Assembly: GCA_050014495.1 (NCBI GenBank)
Contig: JBEKDF010000027.1
Coordinates: 1-35,661, forward strand
DNA length: 35,661 bases
Source: Candidatus Bathyarchaeia archaeon
GTDB lineage: Archaea > Thermoproteota > Bathyarchaeia > TCS64
Direction of reading: 5' to 3'
Shown: piece by piece, positions 1 through 10,257 of the stretch
How positions within the stretch are numbered: position 1 is the first letter of the stretch
How the letters are laid out: every line of letters starts with the position of its first letter
The notes under the pieces: generated by a model
Told to the model about the DNA's origin: nothing
Seen by the model: the letters and a program-made list of their open reading frames with translations, nothing else
Databases searched by the model: none
Position numbers and translations under genes: made by a program

Positions 1-471
1 CCACGATTTTGTGATAGATCAATAAAATGCGATTAAGTATATTCTATAATCAAGTCTATGAATGTTCTCCAAGATACCGGGTGCGTCTTCCGGGCTCTCC
101 ACACGCCTTCTTAACCAAATTATCCGAACCTTTTGTGCCCAAAAATTGACTTACAACCACGATTCCAGAACCTTATCCTGAGTTCCATCCTATTCTCATA
201 AAATCTTACCACAAATTCACTTTGGCATAAGCCTCATCTAACGTAAAGCATTTTAAAAGACGAATAGCTAATCCTCGCTTCCAATAATTCGCCGTGCTAT
301 GTGCTATTTTCTGAGCCGAACGAACGAACACGGGTTGTGTGCCTTAGTGAAGTAAAGAGAGAATATAGGAGATTTGGAAATTTTTGTCCTAATGCGGAGT
401 AAAACCTTCCTATTTCCTAAAATATAATAATAGGAAATCGATAAAATGAATTTAGCCGTGTAATTCCTTTT

Positions 472-807
472 TTACCAGTTGACTTTGATGAAGTTGTCCT
501 TTCTTCGTCCTCTCCCTGTTCCGAGTTTTATCCTCGATTTGAGTGTGGTGGTTCCCTGTATGTCGATCTCAGAGACCGGGATGGTTCTGCCCTTGGCGGA
601 TATATCTGTGCGGTTTGACGGGCTCCACTCCAGCCGGTCAGCGTTGATGATAAGGATGGTTTCTCTGCTCAGGTTTAGTAGCGCGGAGTGGAGTAGTGGG
701 ATGGGGTCGGTGTCCTCGGTGTAAGGCGAGTTGAGGAGGTTAGGAAGACCAGTGAGAACAAGTATAGTGGGGTTTAGCTTGCAACTCGATTGAGAGGCTA
801 CTCGCAT
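472..807 (-). CDS. Hypothetical protein or 3' gene fragment; start uncertain
   Basis: Open frame ending ...KDNFIKVNW*; no recognisable family. The upstream part of the 159-aa ORF call overlaps a BlaI-like relic in another frame. Confidence 0.3.
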   Translation of the reverse strand: MRVASQSSCKLNPTILVLTGLPNLLNSPYTEDTDPIPLLHSALLNLSRETILIINADRLEWSPSNRTDISAKGRTIPVSEIDIQGTTTLKSRIKLGTGRGRRKDNFIKVNW

Positions 808-898
808 GAACTCGATAATTCTCATTCTCTCTGCCTTAACGTGATGTGCGTCCTCGAAGAGTTTCGTGCGCATGCGCCTTGTGCGAGGAAAATAAAAT

Positions 899-1030
899 TT
901 ATTTGCCGATCTGTTTGATGGCTTCCCTCGTCTCCTCGGGGAAGCTACCAATCAGACTAGTGATCATCTTCTCGACTATGTGGACTCTGAAGTCCTCCTC
1001 GTCAAGCATGGGAGAGTAGACCCAGTGCAC
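899..1030 (-). pseudogene. C-terminal fragment of a BlaI/MecI/CopY-family transcriptional regulator
   Basis: Manual translation VHWVYSPMLDEEDFRVHIVEKMITSLIGSFPEETREAIKQIGK* resembles the Y-S-P wing end plus dimerisation helices of archaeal BlaI-like repressors; the N-terminal HTH is absent. Not in the ORF track. Confidence 0.5.
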
Positions 1031-1045
1031 GTGCGGTTCTGATCT

Positions 1046-1663
1046 TTATTGATTCTTCATGAAAATATTTTCTTCTTTTAAGGCTTCTGAGCCCAACTTG
1101 AATGCCTTCGTATTAAGTTCGAGAAATCGGGCAGGGATGGATTCCTTCATCATCGCGGTTATCTCCTTCTCACCGAAGGGAAGGACATCCGAAGCTGCGA
1201 GAGCACCTAACATCACCATGTTTGTGGCGATGGGGTCCCCCGCCTTTTCGGCGAGGCTCGTAGCGTCGATGACCGCTACCCTGCTCGTAACTTCATGAAG
1301 GAGGCTGATCAGCTCCTTCTCCTCGGGGTATTTGCGCATACCGCTGATGACCTCGACTGGTGGTATCTTCTTACTATTAACTATGGCGAGTCCCCCTTCC
1401 TTGAGGAATGTGACCCCCCTCCGAGTAGCTTCAGCCAGCTCGAACCCTAGTAGCGCATCTGCCTCCCCCGGTCTGATCTGAGGTGAATAAACTTTACCTA
1501 TCTGGATGTGGCCCATGACGGGACCTCCCCTTTGCGCCATTCCGTAAGTCTCACCAATCCTGACGTTCAGCCCTTGCTTTATGGCGGTCTCCGCAATGAG
1601 GCGAGTAGCCAACAGTGTTCCCTGACCGCCGACGCCGGCGATGACCACACGAGTCGTCTTCAT
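1046..1663 (-). CDS. iorB: Indolepyruvate:ferredoxin oxidoreductase beta subunit
   Basis: IAGVGGQG, ETYGMAQRGGPV and NMVMLGAL motifs; TGATG overlap with the iorA stop. Confidence 0.95.
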   Translation of the reverse strand: MKTTRVVIAGVGGQGTLLATRLIAETAIKQGLNVRIGETYGMAQRGGPVMGHIQIGKVYSPQIRPGEADALLGFELAEATRRGVTFLKEGGLAIVNSKKIPPVEVISGMRKYPEEKELISLLHEVTSRVAVIDATSLAEKAGDPIATNMVMLGALAASDVLPFGEKEITAMMKESIPARFLELNTKAFKLGSEALKEENIFMKNQ

Positions 1664-3555
1664 CACTCGTCCCTCCCGTGAATGCAGCTAACGTTGCATA
1701 CCTGCGCGCATACGCCGCATCCCATGCAGATGGTGGGGTCTATACTCGCCTTCTTCTTCTCTTCGTCGAAGCTTAGTCCGGGGCAGCCGAATGTGCTCAA
1801 GCAGAGCTTGCAGCCGACGCACTTCGACTCGTCAACCTCGTATGGGACTGGGCGTTTCGGCCTCATTCTTCGTATAGCCTCCGTGGCGCAGACACGCCTG
1901 CTGATGACCATGGCGACGCCCTCAGTCTTTAACATCCTCTTGAAAGCTGTCTCCGTCGCTTTTGTGTCGTAGGCGTCAGTGACCTCAACATGCTCGACTC
2001 CAACCGCCTTTGCTATGGCTTCTATGGAGACACTCTTCGTTGACTCCCCCGTTGCCATCTTCCCAGACTGTGGGTTGGGCTGGAAACCCGTCATCGCAGT
2101 GACGCCGTTGTCAGCGACTACCACCTTGATGTTCGTCTTCGTCTGAACCGCGTTCATAAGGGCGGGTATGGCTGCGTGGAAGAATGTGCCGTCCCCGATC
2201 CAGGCGATTGAGTCGACGCCAACCTGGCTCATTCCCTGGCTCACTCCGAGGCTAGCCCCCATGCAGAAGTAGGTGTCCTCGTAGCTCATCGGCGGGGCCC
2301 AAGCGAGGCCGTAGCATCCAATGTCCCCGTTTATAATTACCTTGTGGATGTCTCCTTTCACAGCTTTGACGGCTCGCTTTAGAGCATAGATACTCGGCCT
2401 ATGCGGACAACCCGCGCAAACCGTGAGCATCCTTCCGAATATCATGTCCTTTGCTTCTTTCTCCACATCTGCACGCGGATAAGGTGGAATTTTCTCTCCA
2501 AGCATCTCAGCGATGACTCCGTCAACCATCAATGGCATTAGCTCTCCCTCCCCGGGGAGCTTACCGTTCATCCGTCCGTAGAGCTCCACCCTCGGGTTAA
2601 TGTCCTTCGCTAGAGCCTTGACATGCAGTTCCACGAAGGGGTCGGGCTCCTCCGTAACAAGAACCTTATCGACACCCTTTAGGAGCATGGAGATGAGTCC
2701 CTCAGGTAGTGGATTCGAGGTGCCGAGCTTTAGGACTGCAACCTTATTCTTGACTCCCAGCTTGATGAGGGCATCCATAACATAGTTGTATGTCTGCCCG
2801 GTCGCAATGACACCTACCCTCTCCTCCCCCGTCATTACAAGTTTGTTAAGTGGCGAGGAGTCGAACTCGACTTTGATTTTCGCGATCTTCTCATTCGCCT
2901 CCTTCTCCCTACCGTAGAAGAGTTTGTCAAAGCCTGCCACAACGTAACTGAATTGCTTGAAGTCGAACTTGGCATCTCTGTCAAGCTTCTGGAACTTGCC
3001 GAGCTTGACGTTGCTCCTCATGTGGCTGACGCGAGTGACTGTGCGGAGCATTACAGGTAGCTGGTACTTCTCGGAGAGTTCGTATGCATAAACAGTGAAA
3101 TCCTTGGCGTCTTGGGGGTCGCTGGGCTCTAGGGCGGGGACGCAATTCTGTTTAGCGAGCCAACGCTGGTCCTGCTCTTGCCCGCTGCTATGTTGGCTTG
3201 GATCGTCGGCGGAGACGAAGACGAGGCCACCTTTGACACCTCGGAGCGCCGCCATCTCCATGATGTCTAGCGCCACATTGAGGCCGACGTGCTTCATACT
3301 CACCATGCCGCGTTGGTTGCACATTGAGGCACCGTATACAACCTCGAAGGCGACCTTCTCGTTCGTTGACCACTCGAAGTGTATTCCCATCTCCTTAGCG
3401 ACCTCGGAGAAGGTATTCCCTATCTCGGAGGCGGGTGTCCCGGGGTACGATGCAGCGATCCTTATGCCCGCCTCTAAGGCACCGCGGACTATCGCCTCGT
3501 TCCCCATGAGGAGTACCGTCGTCCCTGGCGCATCCAAAATCATTGAATTGCTCAT
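1663..3555 (-). CDS. iorA: Indolepyruvate:ferredoxin oxidoreductase alpha subunit
   Basis: LMGNEAIVRG, YPGTPASEI, NEKVA, MKHVGLNVA, CAGCPH, GDIGC, GDGTFFH (TPP) motifs and a C-terminal 2x[4Fe-4S] ferredoxin domain. Confidence 0.96.
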   Translation of the reverse strand: MSNSMILDAPGTTVLLMGNEAIVRGALEAGIRIAASYPGTPASEIGNTFSEVAKEMGIHFEWSTNEKVAFEVVYGASMCNQRGMVSMKHVGLNVALDIMEMAALRGVKGGLVFVSADDPSQHSSGQEQDQRWLAKQNCVPALEPSDPQDAKDFTVYAYELSEKYQLPVMLRTVTRVSHMRSNVKLGKFQKLDRDAKFDFKQFSYVVAGFDKLFYGREKEANEKIAKIKVEFDSSPLNKLVMTGEERVGVIATGQTYNYVMDALIKLGVKNKVAVLKLGTSNPLPEGLISMLLKGVDKVLVTEEPDPFVELHVKALAKDINPRVELYGRMNGKLPGEGELMPLMVDGVIAEMLGEKIPPYPRADVEKEAKDMIFGRMLTVCAGCPHRPSIYALKRAVKAVKGDIHKVIINGDIGCYGLAWAPPMSYEDTYFCMGASLGVSQGMSQVGVDSIAWIGDGTFFHAAIPALMNAVQTKTNIKVVVADNGVTAMTGFQPNPQSGKMATGESTKSVSIEAIAKAVGVEHVEVTDAYDTKATETAFKRMLKTEGVAMVISRRVCATEAIRRMRPKRPVPYEVDESKCVGCKLCLSTFGCPGLSFDEEKKKASIDPTICMGCGVCAQVCNVSCIHGRDE

Positions 3556-3686
3556 GGGACTATCTGAGGGTAAGCATCTAATAGGGTTTTTTTAATCTCT
3601 TAAAAAATACCGCTAAAACATTTGTGCGCGCTTGGCTGTTTAGAAATTATTATAGAACATAGGGCGAACACTTCATTGAGGATAGG

Positions 3687-4000
3687 TTGAACGTTAAGCA
3701 TGTGCTTGACTCACTCAACCTAGACCAGATACGCACACAGCTTGAGAACCTCTACCACAGTGAAGGACCCGGCAGAAAGCCCTTTAACCCGCTCTCGATG
3801 CTCAAGGCACAACTAACAAACACCTGCTACAGATACCCAGCGACCGGAGGCTCGCCCTGCGGCTTAGAAGAGACCGCAGACTGGCGAGGGCCTGCGGCTT
3901 CCGACACTGGACACCGAGCCACGGCCTCTTCACCCACTTCCGGCACCGCCTCGGCGAGGAGACCTACCAGCGGACCTTCAACGAACTGGCCATGTTATAG
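3687..4000 (+). mobile_element. Frameshifted, truncated IS5/IS1182-like transposase remnant (DUF772-type N-terminal domain)
   Basis: LYHSEGPGRKPFNPLSMLKAQL, then a -1 shift near 3816 gives KHLLQIPSDRRLALRLRRDRRLARACGFRHWTPSHGLFTHFRHRLGEETYQRTFNELAML*. No DDE domain follows. Confidence 0.8.
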
Positions 4001-4084
4001 GGTATTTATAATTTTTAAAAAGGTATTTTTACTAATCTAAAGCACCGAAATGCATGCTCTGAATGTTCATGTTGGTGCCACGAG

Positions 4085-5134
4085 TTACCTGAGATCAGGG
4101 GGAATGAACTCACCATGATCGATTACTAGATCATCATCTAGGTAGAGGCAACTACTCAGCATGCAGTGCCCAAGATGGGCGCTTGAGTTGTTTCTCCCAC
4201 GGAAATTCACGTCATTATTGCTGCCGATCTCGATCTGAATATTACCATAAAAGGCCTCAGCATCCGCTGATGATGAACCAGGTTCCGGGAACTGTAGAGC
4301 CTGAGCAGCCCAGAGTGCTCGATGATCAGTTCCCCAGCCCATGTGCCCAGCCATCCATGCACTTTCTTCATTGAATGATTCAAGATGCTTACGAAGAAGT
4401 AGAGCATCAACACCACCACATATATGGGTCACACGCCCCTTGTTGAAGTTGATTTTAACAGGACTCTGAACGTATCGAGCCATGTAGAACATTTGGTCCC
4501 CGACATCTAGTACCATTGTTCCCTCGAGGCTGCCCTCAAGTTCCGCCGTCTCCACCATAGCGGCTCCCCAGAAGTCTAGGTGTCCTGGTTCATCGGCCAA
4601 CCCATAGTGTGCTAAGACTGGCCTGTCACCGCGTTCCATTGTAAGGTTAGTGCCGGCATCTGATGTGATTCGAATCTTGTTAGCCTTTTTGAGAAGGGCT
4701 GCACCAGCCTTCGTGCGCTTTACTACATCTTGGTCTCCTTTGAGACGCTCCATTGCTTGAAGCGGTATAACAACCATTAGAGCACGACTTCCACCGTCTA
4801 AGGCTGCTCTAATCTCTTTCGAGTAGTGTAATGTATGGGTCGTGCTGTATACGATTAAGTCTGCATCACGAAACGCTGACCCCCAGGACTTTTTGGGAAG
4901 TGAACTATGGGGTAATGTTATCTTATAGGCTTCTGCGCCCAGATCTTGGGCTGCGTCTAAGCATGCGTCGGAATAAACTGGATTGAAGGCATTATCGGTA
5001 ACAACTAGACATAATTCCCCAGGTTTGAGATTACTCATCCCGAGTTGGTGTTTAAACAACCGAGCTATCTCAGGTACAGCCGAGGGGTTCATGGATATCC
5101 GCCTATTTGACATGTCTACAACGCCTCTTCTCAT
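4085..5134 (-). CDS. NicX (2,5-dihydroxypyridine dioxygenase)-like / peptidase M29-fold metalloprotein; start may be 5113
   Basis: EGTMVLDVGD, GHMGWG, DAEAFYGN, GSNND and LYLDDDLVIDHG segments are collinear with NicX-family proteins. Confidence 0.75.
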   Translation of the reverse strand: MRRGVVDMSNRRISMNPSAVPEIARLFKHQLGMSNLKPGELCLVVTDNAFNPVYSDACLDAAQDLGAEAYKITLPHSSLPKKSWGSAFRDADLIVYSTTHTLHYSKEIRAALDGGSRALMVVIPLQAMERLKGDQDVVKRTKAGAALLKKANKIRITSDAGTNLTMERGDRPVLAHYGLADEPGHLDFWGAAMVETAELEGSLEGTMVLDVGDQMFYMARYVQSPVKINFNKGRVTHICGGVDALLLRKHLESFNEESAWMAGHMGWGTDHRALWAAQALQFPEPGSSSADAEAFYGNIQIEIGSNNDVNFRGRNNSSAHLGHCMLSSCLYLDDDLVIDHGEFIPPDLR

Positions 5135-5176
5135 AACTTATCGAATTATCAAATAATTAAGGTAAGAACATGTGGG

Positions 5177-6898
5177 TCAAGGCAGTGTAATCTTGACCCT
5201 GTGAGTGCCTGCTCTCGCACACCTAGCGACCACCTCTACTTCAACAGATTTCCTTGCTTTTATTACCCATTCGACATGAGCTTTTGTCTTGTCTACGACT
5301 TCCCCACCTACGACACGAGGAAGCAGAAGTTTTGCACTGTGCCCCTCTAGGTGCCCTAACTCAATTTTCTCGTGTCCTACGACCAGTTCAGCCCCGGGTG
5401 GAAGAATTATTTCAGCTATCACAGGCGTTGCTCGTTTGATCCTCGTCGCGATCTGTGTAACGTTTGTTGGCAGCCAACCAGCATTAACTATCTGGGCCTC
5501 AACTTTGTATACGTCTTCACTGACGTTCGTCATCCGCGCCTCCCTGACACGGAGTAGGGGGAGTAGGGCAGCATGTCGAAGTGCAAATGGGAGAACCTTG
5601 TCAACCTCTCGCTCAAGCCACACTCCTGGCGGTGGGTTTCGACGCGTCACTTTAGTGTCGATTCCACCAACTTCAACTTCACCCAGCTGAGGGTGAGCCA
5701 TTTTATGCCAAGGTACGAAAGCCTCTGGATAATTATGATCTATCCATTTTAGCTCTCTTAGTTGATCCTCCTCGGGTAACCTATCAAAGCTGAACTCGAT
5801 GCCACCACGTTGACGGAAGTGGCCGAGCCCAATCTCGTGTTCCCAGTCCCAAAGTTCTATGCTGAAGACAAAGGCTCCAAGATGCTCATAAAAGAAACTT
5901 GTTGCGCATCCCCTACGAAAAGGCCGATCGTCTGCAAAGGTAAATTCTTCGAAGATGCTAATTGCGGGATAGCCAGAAATATTCTCACCAATACTTGCCA
6001 AGTACTTGTAGATCGCGAGATCGAGATCAAGATCTTGATCCGTGAACCACGAGTCTGGGTGCACCGCACTTTCACGTAGAATTAGCCCACCACTCGTGTG
6101 GAATGTGTGCATACCCCCAATATTGGGGTGTTTGGCCCAGAAGTCAGCTATAGCCCTCGCCTCCACCTCCTCTAACGGAAAGACACCTGCTCCGCCAATA
6201 GGTAGCCCCCCAGGTGCCCAGTGTGCCGGATAATTCCTATTCGTTCCACCCAAGAACCTAGGTGGGGCCATAGTCACCTCTTTTCCGTTTTTATATTTTA
6301 GGAACTTTCCCTCCCTAAGAACGTCGTAGAATTCGCCGTAATGCTCATTCGGCTCTCTTTTAACCATGAGACGTGGGTCTTTTTTAGATACCTTCCACTC
6401 ACCGTTTGGGTTTGTTATCCGCATGAAGAGTATCTTTCCATCGTCATCTACATCCTCATCGTAGTGGCCTTCTCCATCGAGGAACGAGGGGTTTGATATG
6501 CCAGCAGCTGTGCTATGATAGGATTGGGTTAAGTAAATCTCCGCCCCATCGGGGTTAACGCGTGGCATAATGTAGATGACCTTATCGTCAAGGATCTCCG
6601 TGCAAGAGGGATCCTCTCCGTAGCCCTTGAGGAGATGCCATATAGTCTTTAGACACACAACGCTTCCAGTTACCTCTCCACTGTGTGTGTTTCCATCGAT
6701 CCAAAGACCTGGTTTCTGTGATGCTGGACTAGTCGCTTTATTTGTGGCCTCAACAACCCAAAGTTCTCTTCCCTTTAGGCTCTTACCTGCACTTACTAGA
6801 TTGGTGAGGTTTGGGAACTCAGTGCACATGGTTTTTAGAGCACTCTCTAATTCCTCAAAGGTAGGATAAATCGAGAAAAGGCCCTCAATCTTACTCAT
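5177..6898 (-). CDS. M14 family zinc carboxypeptidase
   Basis: HSGE, NRNYP, TFHTSGG and SIELW motifs plus a DxDxDG loop; GGTGAT SD before ATG 6898. Confidence 0.9.
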   Translation of the reverse strand: MSKIEGLFSIYPTFEELESALKTMCTEFPNLTNLVSAGKSLKGRELWVVEATNKATSPASQKPGLWIDGNTHSGEVTGSVVCLKTIWHLLKGYGEDPSCTEILDDKVIYIMPRVNPDGAEIYLTQSYHSTAAGISNPSFLDGEGHYDEDVDDDGKILFMRITNPNGEWKVSKKDPRLMVKREPNEHYGEFYDVLREGKFLKYKNGKEVTMAPPRFLGGTNRNYPAHWAPGGLPIGGAGVFPLEEVEARAIADFWAKHPNIGGMHTFHTSGGLILRESAVHPDSWFTDQDLDLDLAIYKYLASIGENISGYPAISIFEEFTFADDRPFRRGCATSFFYEHLGAFVFSIELWDWEHEIGLGHFRQRGGIEFSFDRLPEEDQLRELKWIDHNYPEAFVPWHKMAHPQLGEVEVGGIDTKVTRRNPPPGVWLEREVDKVLPFALRHAALLPLLRVREARMTNVSEDVYKVEAQIVNAGWLPTNVTQIATRIKRATPVIAEIILPPGAELVVGHEKIELGHLEGHSAKLLLPRVVGGEVVDKTKAHVEWVIKARKSVEVEVVARCARAGTHRVKITLP

Positions 6899-7026
6899 CA
6901 AATCACCCAGAATGATAAAAATAGAATTCATTGAAATTTAAGATGCACGAGCCCACACACTCGAGTTCCTAATTTAAAATGATCTAATGAATTAGTAAAT
7001 GATCTTTATACTAATTCTAATATACA

Positions 7027-8046
7027 ATGAAGACCAATTTCACTAATATGAAACTACAGATAATTGGACTCGGTAATGTTGGGAGAAGCCTTGTTGATTT
7101 AATAAATAAAGAGGAGAAATCACTAGATTGTTTGGGTCTAGATTTAAAGGTCGTTTCAATTTCGGATAAGAATGGTACTGCCATTGATGAAGATGGTCTC
7201 GATCTGAAGACCATATTGCATCATAAGAAAAGGAATTGGTCAGACTTCAGCCATTATCATCACAGCTATACTGGTCTAGAAGCCATCAAGAGTGTGAAAA
7301 GTGATGTTGTTGTTGAGTTGACCCCTTCCACAAACAATGGGGAGCCGGGGCTATCACACATCAAATCTGCCTTTAGCGAGAGAAAAAACGTTGTCACAGC
7401 AAATAAGGGACCATTGGTTGCCTCATATGATGAATTAATTGATTTGAAGAAGAAAAACAACGTAAAATTCCTCTACGAGGCTACAGTATCTGCTCAACTA
7501 CCAATATTTTGCTTGATTAACTCCTGCTTCATAATAGATCAAGTTGAGCGCATCGAAGGAATCTTTAACGCAACCACTAACTTCATTATTGGAGAAGTTG
7601 AGTCTGGTAAAACTTTCAAAACTGCGCTTGATTACGCAATAAGTGCAGGTTGGGCCGAGACGAATTATTCGGATGACGTTGACGGCATCGATTCGGCAAG
7701 AAAACTTGTCATTCTCTCTAATACTATCTACAATAGCCACTCCAGATTAGGAGATGTGAAGATCGAAGGCATAAGAAATATCGAACAAATCGTTGAAGAA
7801 GCTAAGAAAAGGGAGATGAAAGTGAAGCTCATGTGTACACTCACCAATTTAGAAAAAGGGGTTCAAATGAAGGTCTCGCCAAAAATGATACCTCTTGACG
7901 ATCCCTTTGCGACTATCAACGAAGGCAACATGGGTATAAGATACCATTTTAAGAATTCCCAGGAGATATTCGTCTCTGCTCAATTCAACAATCCAATACA
8001 AACAGCTTACGCGGTTCTAAACGACATAATTAAAATGGACCAGTGA
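7027..8046 (+). CDS. hom: Homoserine dehydrogenase (no ACT domain)
   Basis: GLGNVG Rossmann motif, VVTANKGPL, YEATV, GIFNATTNFI, AETNYSDDVDGIDSARK. Confidence 0.85.
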   Translation: MKTNFTNMKLQIIGLGNVGRSLVDLINKEEKSLDCLGLDLKVVSISDKNGTAIDEDGLDLKTILHHKKRNWSDFSHYHHSYTGLEAIKSVKSDVVVELTPSTNNGEPGLSHIKSAFSERKNVVTANKGPLVASYDELIDLKKKNNVKFLYEATVSAQLPIFCLINSCFIIDQVERIEGIFNATTNFIIGEVESGKTFKTALDYAISAGWAETNYSDDVDGIDSARKLVILSNTIYNSHSRLGDVKIEGIRNIEQIVEEAKKREMKVKLMCTLTNLEKGVQMKVSPKMIPLDDPFATINEGNMGIRYHFKNSQEIFVSAQFNNPIQTAYAVLNDIIKMDQ

Positions 8047-8097
8047 CTTTTGCACACCTTCAATGAAAGGTTACATGCAAGTGCATGTCCAGAGGGG

Positions 8098-8691
8098 CTA
8101 ATCGCCGTGTCTTTTCCGTAGGGGCGGCGATAAGCGAACCATCAGAAGCATCCTCTCAAAAATGTCAACCCATTCTGAAAGTTCCTTCTCTAAGGCTGCA
8201 GGGGTAAGTACACCTTCGTCGGTGCCTCTACCAATCTCCCTCGCTGCCTTAGATCGATAGACGTGCAGTAGCCTCTCCCCGAAGCGTCCAACCTCCCAAA
8301 AGTCCTCGGTGATAAATACCACCATTGGAACTCTCAAACCACCAACGATCCTTAGTTCATCCTGAAGTTCCTTTGAGACCTCTCTCTCAATTAGTCTTAT
8401 CCTCACCTTATCTCCTGCGGTCTCAGCAATTTTCACTAACATTGGAGCCTGACGTGAGCAGTCTCCACACCAGTTACCCGCATAGACCAGAACATTTAAC
8501 TCTCTATTGTAACCACTCACGCGGTTCTTCTGCTCCTCACTTAGCTCGGGTGTCCTCTCCGCTCTATCTTTCCAGAGCTGGATCTCCTCAGATTTTCCCT
8601 GTTTAACGAAGGAGTCGTAGTCTAGAGCCATATCGAAGTATTTTTTCCACATTTGGCTCCTCTTATCGTAGTATCCCGGAACATCACTCAT
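8098..8691 (-). CDS. Thioredoxin-family protein (WCGDC)
   Basis: WCGDC active site and RVP cis-Pro loop. Confidence 0.85.
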   Translation of the reverse strand: MSDVPGYYDKRSQMWKKYFDMALDYDSFVKQGKSEEIQLWKDRAERTPELSEEQKNRVSGYNRELNVLVYAGNWCGDCSRQAPMLVKIAETAGDKVRIRLIEREVSKELQDELRIVGGLRVPMVVFITEDFWEVGRFGERLLHVYRSKAAREIGRGTDEGVLTPAALEKELSEWVDIFERMLLMVRLSPPLRKRHGD

Positions 8692-8807
8692 GTTTTCATT
8701 TCCCTCAGGTTGAATTAGTTATCGAATGAATATACTAAATAGTTTATGATCGAGGTAGCACCGAAGATTTTTCATATTTCTTTTCAAAAATAATAGAATC
8801 GATCTAA

Positions 8808-9545
8808 ATGCATGTTAGTATAAACGAGGTCAAGGGTGTAGAGATCTCTCCCAGGGTCATAGAAAGGCTACTATTGTCTAGGGATCAGTCGACGCCTGGT
8901 GGGCTGGAGGTTAAGCACCATCTCCTGACAGGAGGAGAAGTAGTATTCGATGAGCAAAACGTAGAGTATCAACACTACGTTGTTTCAGGTTGTGCGAGGA
9001 TGGGAGGTCGATTCATCCATGGTGAGACGACGCTCTTTGTACCTGGCAATTCTAGGTTTGGTGAAAAGCACAGGCACGTAATTGCTCACGCTGGTGAAGG
9101 AGAACTTAGGTTTGTCACGGCTTCGTATAAAATCCCTAGACCGAATTTTAGGTGGGCAAAAACCAGAAGCAGGAACCTATACCAGGCCCCTATTAGCATT
9201 GGCAACATCAACAATCAGCAATTGATCACCGAGGAAGAACACGCAGTAATGGGTGCTCTCAGGATGCATGCACTTGATGTACAAACACATCCACCATTGG
9301 CGGTCAATCCTGAACATAAAAACCCCGAGGAGATCATGTATATCCTAAGAGGAGAAGGCAAGGCAATCTGCGGGAACGAGACCTACAAGGTTACTCCAGG
9401 TTCACTTATTTACTCGCGAGAAGGAGAAATACATGGTATATACAATACAAGTGAAAAACTCCCCCTACAATATTTTGTACTGGAATTTATAGAACACGAC
9501 AAGATGTGGACCGAGAGAGGATATCACGAATTAAACTTAATCTGA
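8808..9545 (+). CDS. Cupin-domain (bicupin-like) protein
   Basis: C-terminal cupin EHKNPEEIMYILRGEG...PGSLIY...GEIHGIYN; N-terminal cupin-like repeat (QHYVVSG, HVIAHAG). Confidence 0.8.
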   Translation: MHVSINEVKGVEISPRVIERLLLSRDQSTPGGLEVKHHLLTGGEVVFDEQNVEYQHYVVSGCARMGGRFIHGETTLFVPGNSRFGEKHRHVIAHAGEGELRFVTASYKIPRPNFRWAKTRSRNLYQAPISIGNINNQQLITEEEHAVMGALRMHALDVQTHPPLAVNPEHKNPEEIMYILRGEGKAICGNETYKVTPGSLIYSREGEIHGIYNTSEKLPLQYFVLEFIEHDKMWTERGYHELNLI

Positions 9546-10049
9546 TCAATCTATGTATCTAGTTACACTATTTCTAACAAACTCTTTAAAAGATAATACC
9601 AAAGAAAGAAGCAAACCTAATATGGTGATCTCAAGACCCCAACCAATCTGTGTGAATACACCAATAGAAATTCCCTCACCCACACCCAGGAAAAAAAGTA
9701 TAATCCCGCATATAGAGACTATAAAAAATATAAAATCCGCCCAATTAACCCTATATACAAGAATTGATAGAAGAGCAGAGAAAATGAGTAACATTCCACC
9801 TATGCTAGTTACATAACTTACAAAAAATTGACGACTTTGCAAGATTTCATCTTTAAACATCGATCCAAAAAATGGACTTAGTTCCACACGAGAATGGTAG
9901 CGGGCCTCCCCCAACTTAGTGACCGGATCAACCACCGAATACGAATCGTAACTAACCGTAAGCCAAGGACCCATTAAACCAACCAAAATTACGAAGGCGA
10001 CAAGCACTCCGAATAGATTTATCTTAGCACGGACAAATGACTTTGACAA
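9546..10049 (-). CDS. Hypothetical membrane protein (about 4 TM)
   Basis: Hydrophobic segments, PW after TM1 and a GWG motif; AT-rich; TTG start. Confidence 0.7.
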   Translation of the reverse strand: MSKSFVRAKINLFGVLVAFVILVGLMGPWLTVSYDSYSVVDPVTKLGEARYHSRVELSPFFGSMFKDEILQSRQFFVSYVTSIGGMLLIFSALLSILVYRVNWADFIFFIVSICGIILFFLGVGEGISIGVFTQIGWGLEITILGLLLSLVLSFKEFVRNSVTRYID

Positions 10050-10173
10050 GACTTATCATTTTTAATTTATTTTCTTAAGTTTAAAACTATGTACCAAGTA
10101 ACCTCAACCATAATCCAAGGATTTGGACTGAATAGGAGGTGTCTTGGGTTCGGGTAAGCCCAAGTCTAGGAAC

Positions 10174-10242
10174 CTATCTTCTCGACTTACCACATTTACA
10201 ATAGAAGGCTTCCTCTCCTCGGAATTGGGTGCTAAAGTACCT
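10174..10242 (-). pseudogene. Decayed copy of the tatC 3' end (zinc-ribbon tail)
   Basis: Translates RYFSTQFRGEEAFYCKCGKSRR* versus the TatC end SYCGTKFKGNEAFCKKCGRSRI*; ungapped nucleotide similarity to 10658-10726. Confidence 0.65.
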
Positions 10243-10244
10243 AA

Positions 10245-10257
10245 CCCCCCCCCCCCC
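10245..10257. repeat. Homopolymer C13 followed by TCA-GCGCGCGC
   Basis: Directly visible. Confidence 0.9.

Noticed and set aside
1..470. Possible decayed gene on the minus strand (YWKRGLAIRLL, GNAT-like), a GAAC triple repeat and a small hairpin at about 412-438
   Set aside because: Too short and interrupted to assign; the repeats are not CRISPR-like.
3810..3823. Programmed -1 frameshift in the transposase
   Set aside because: There is no X-XXY-YYZ slippery heptamer and the gene is also truncated, so a simple deletion is more likely.
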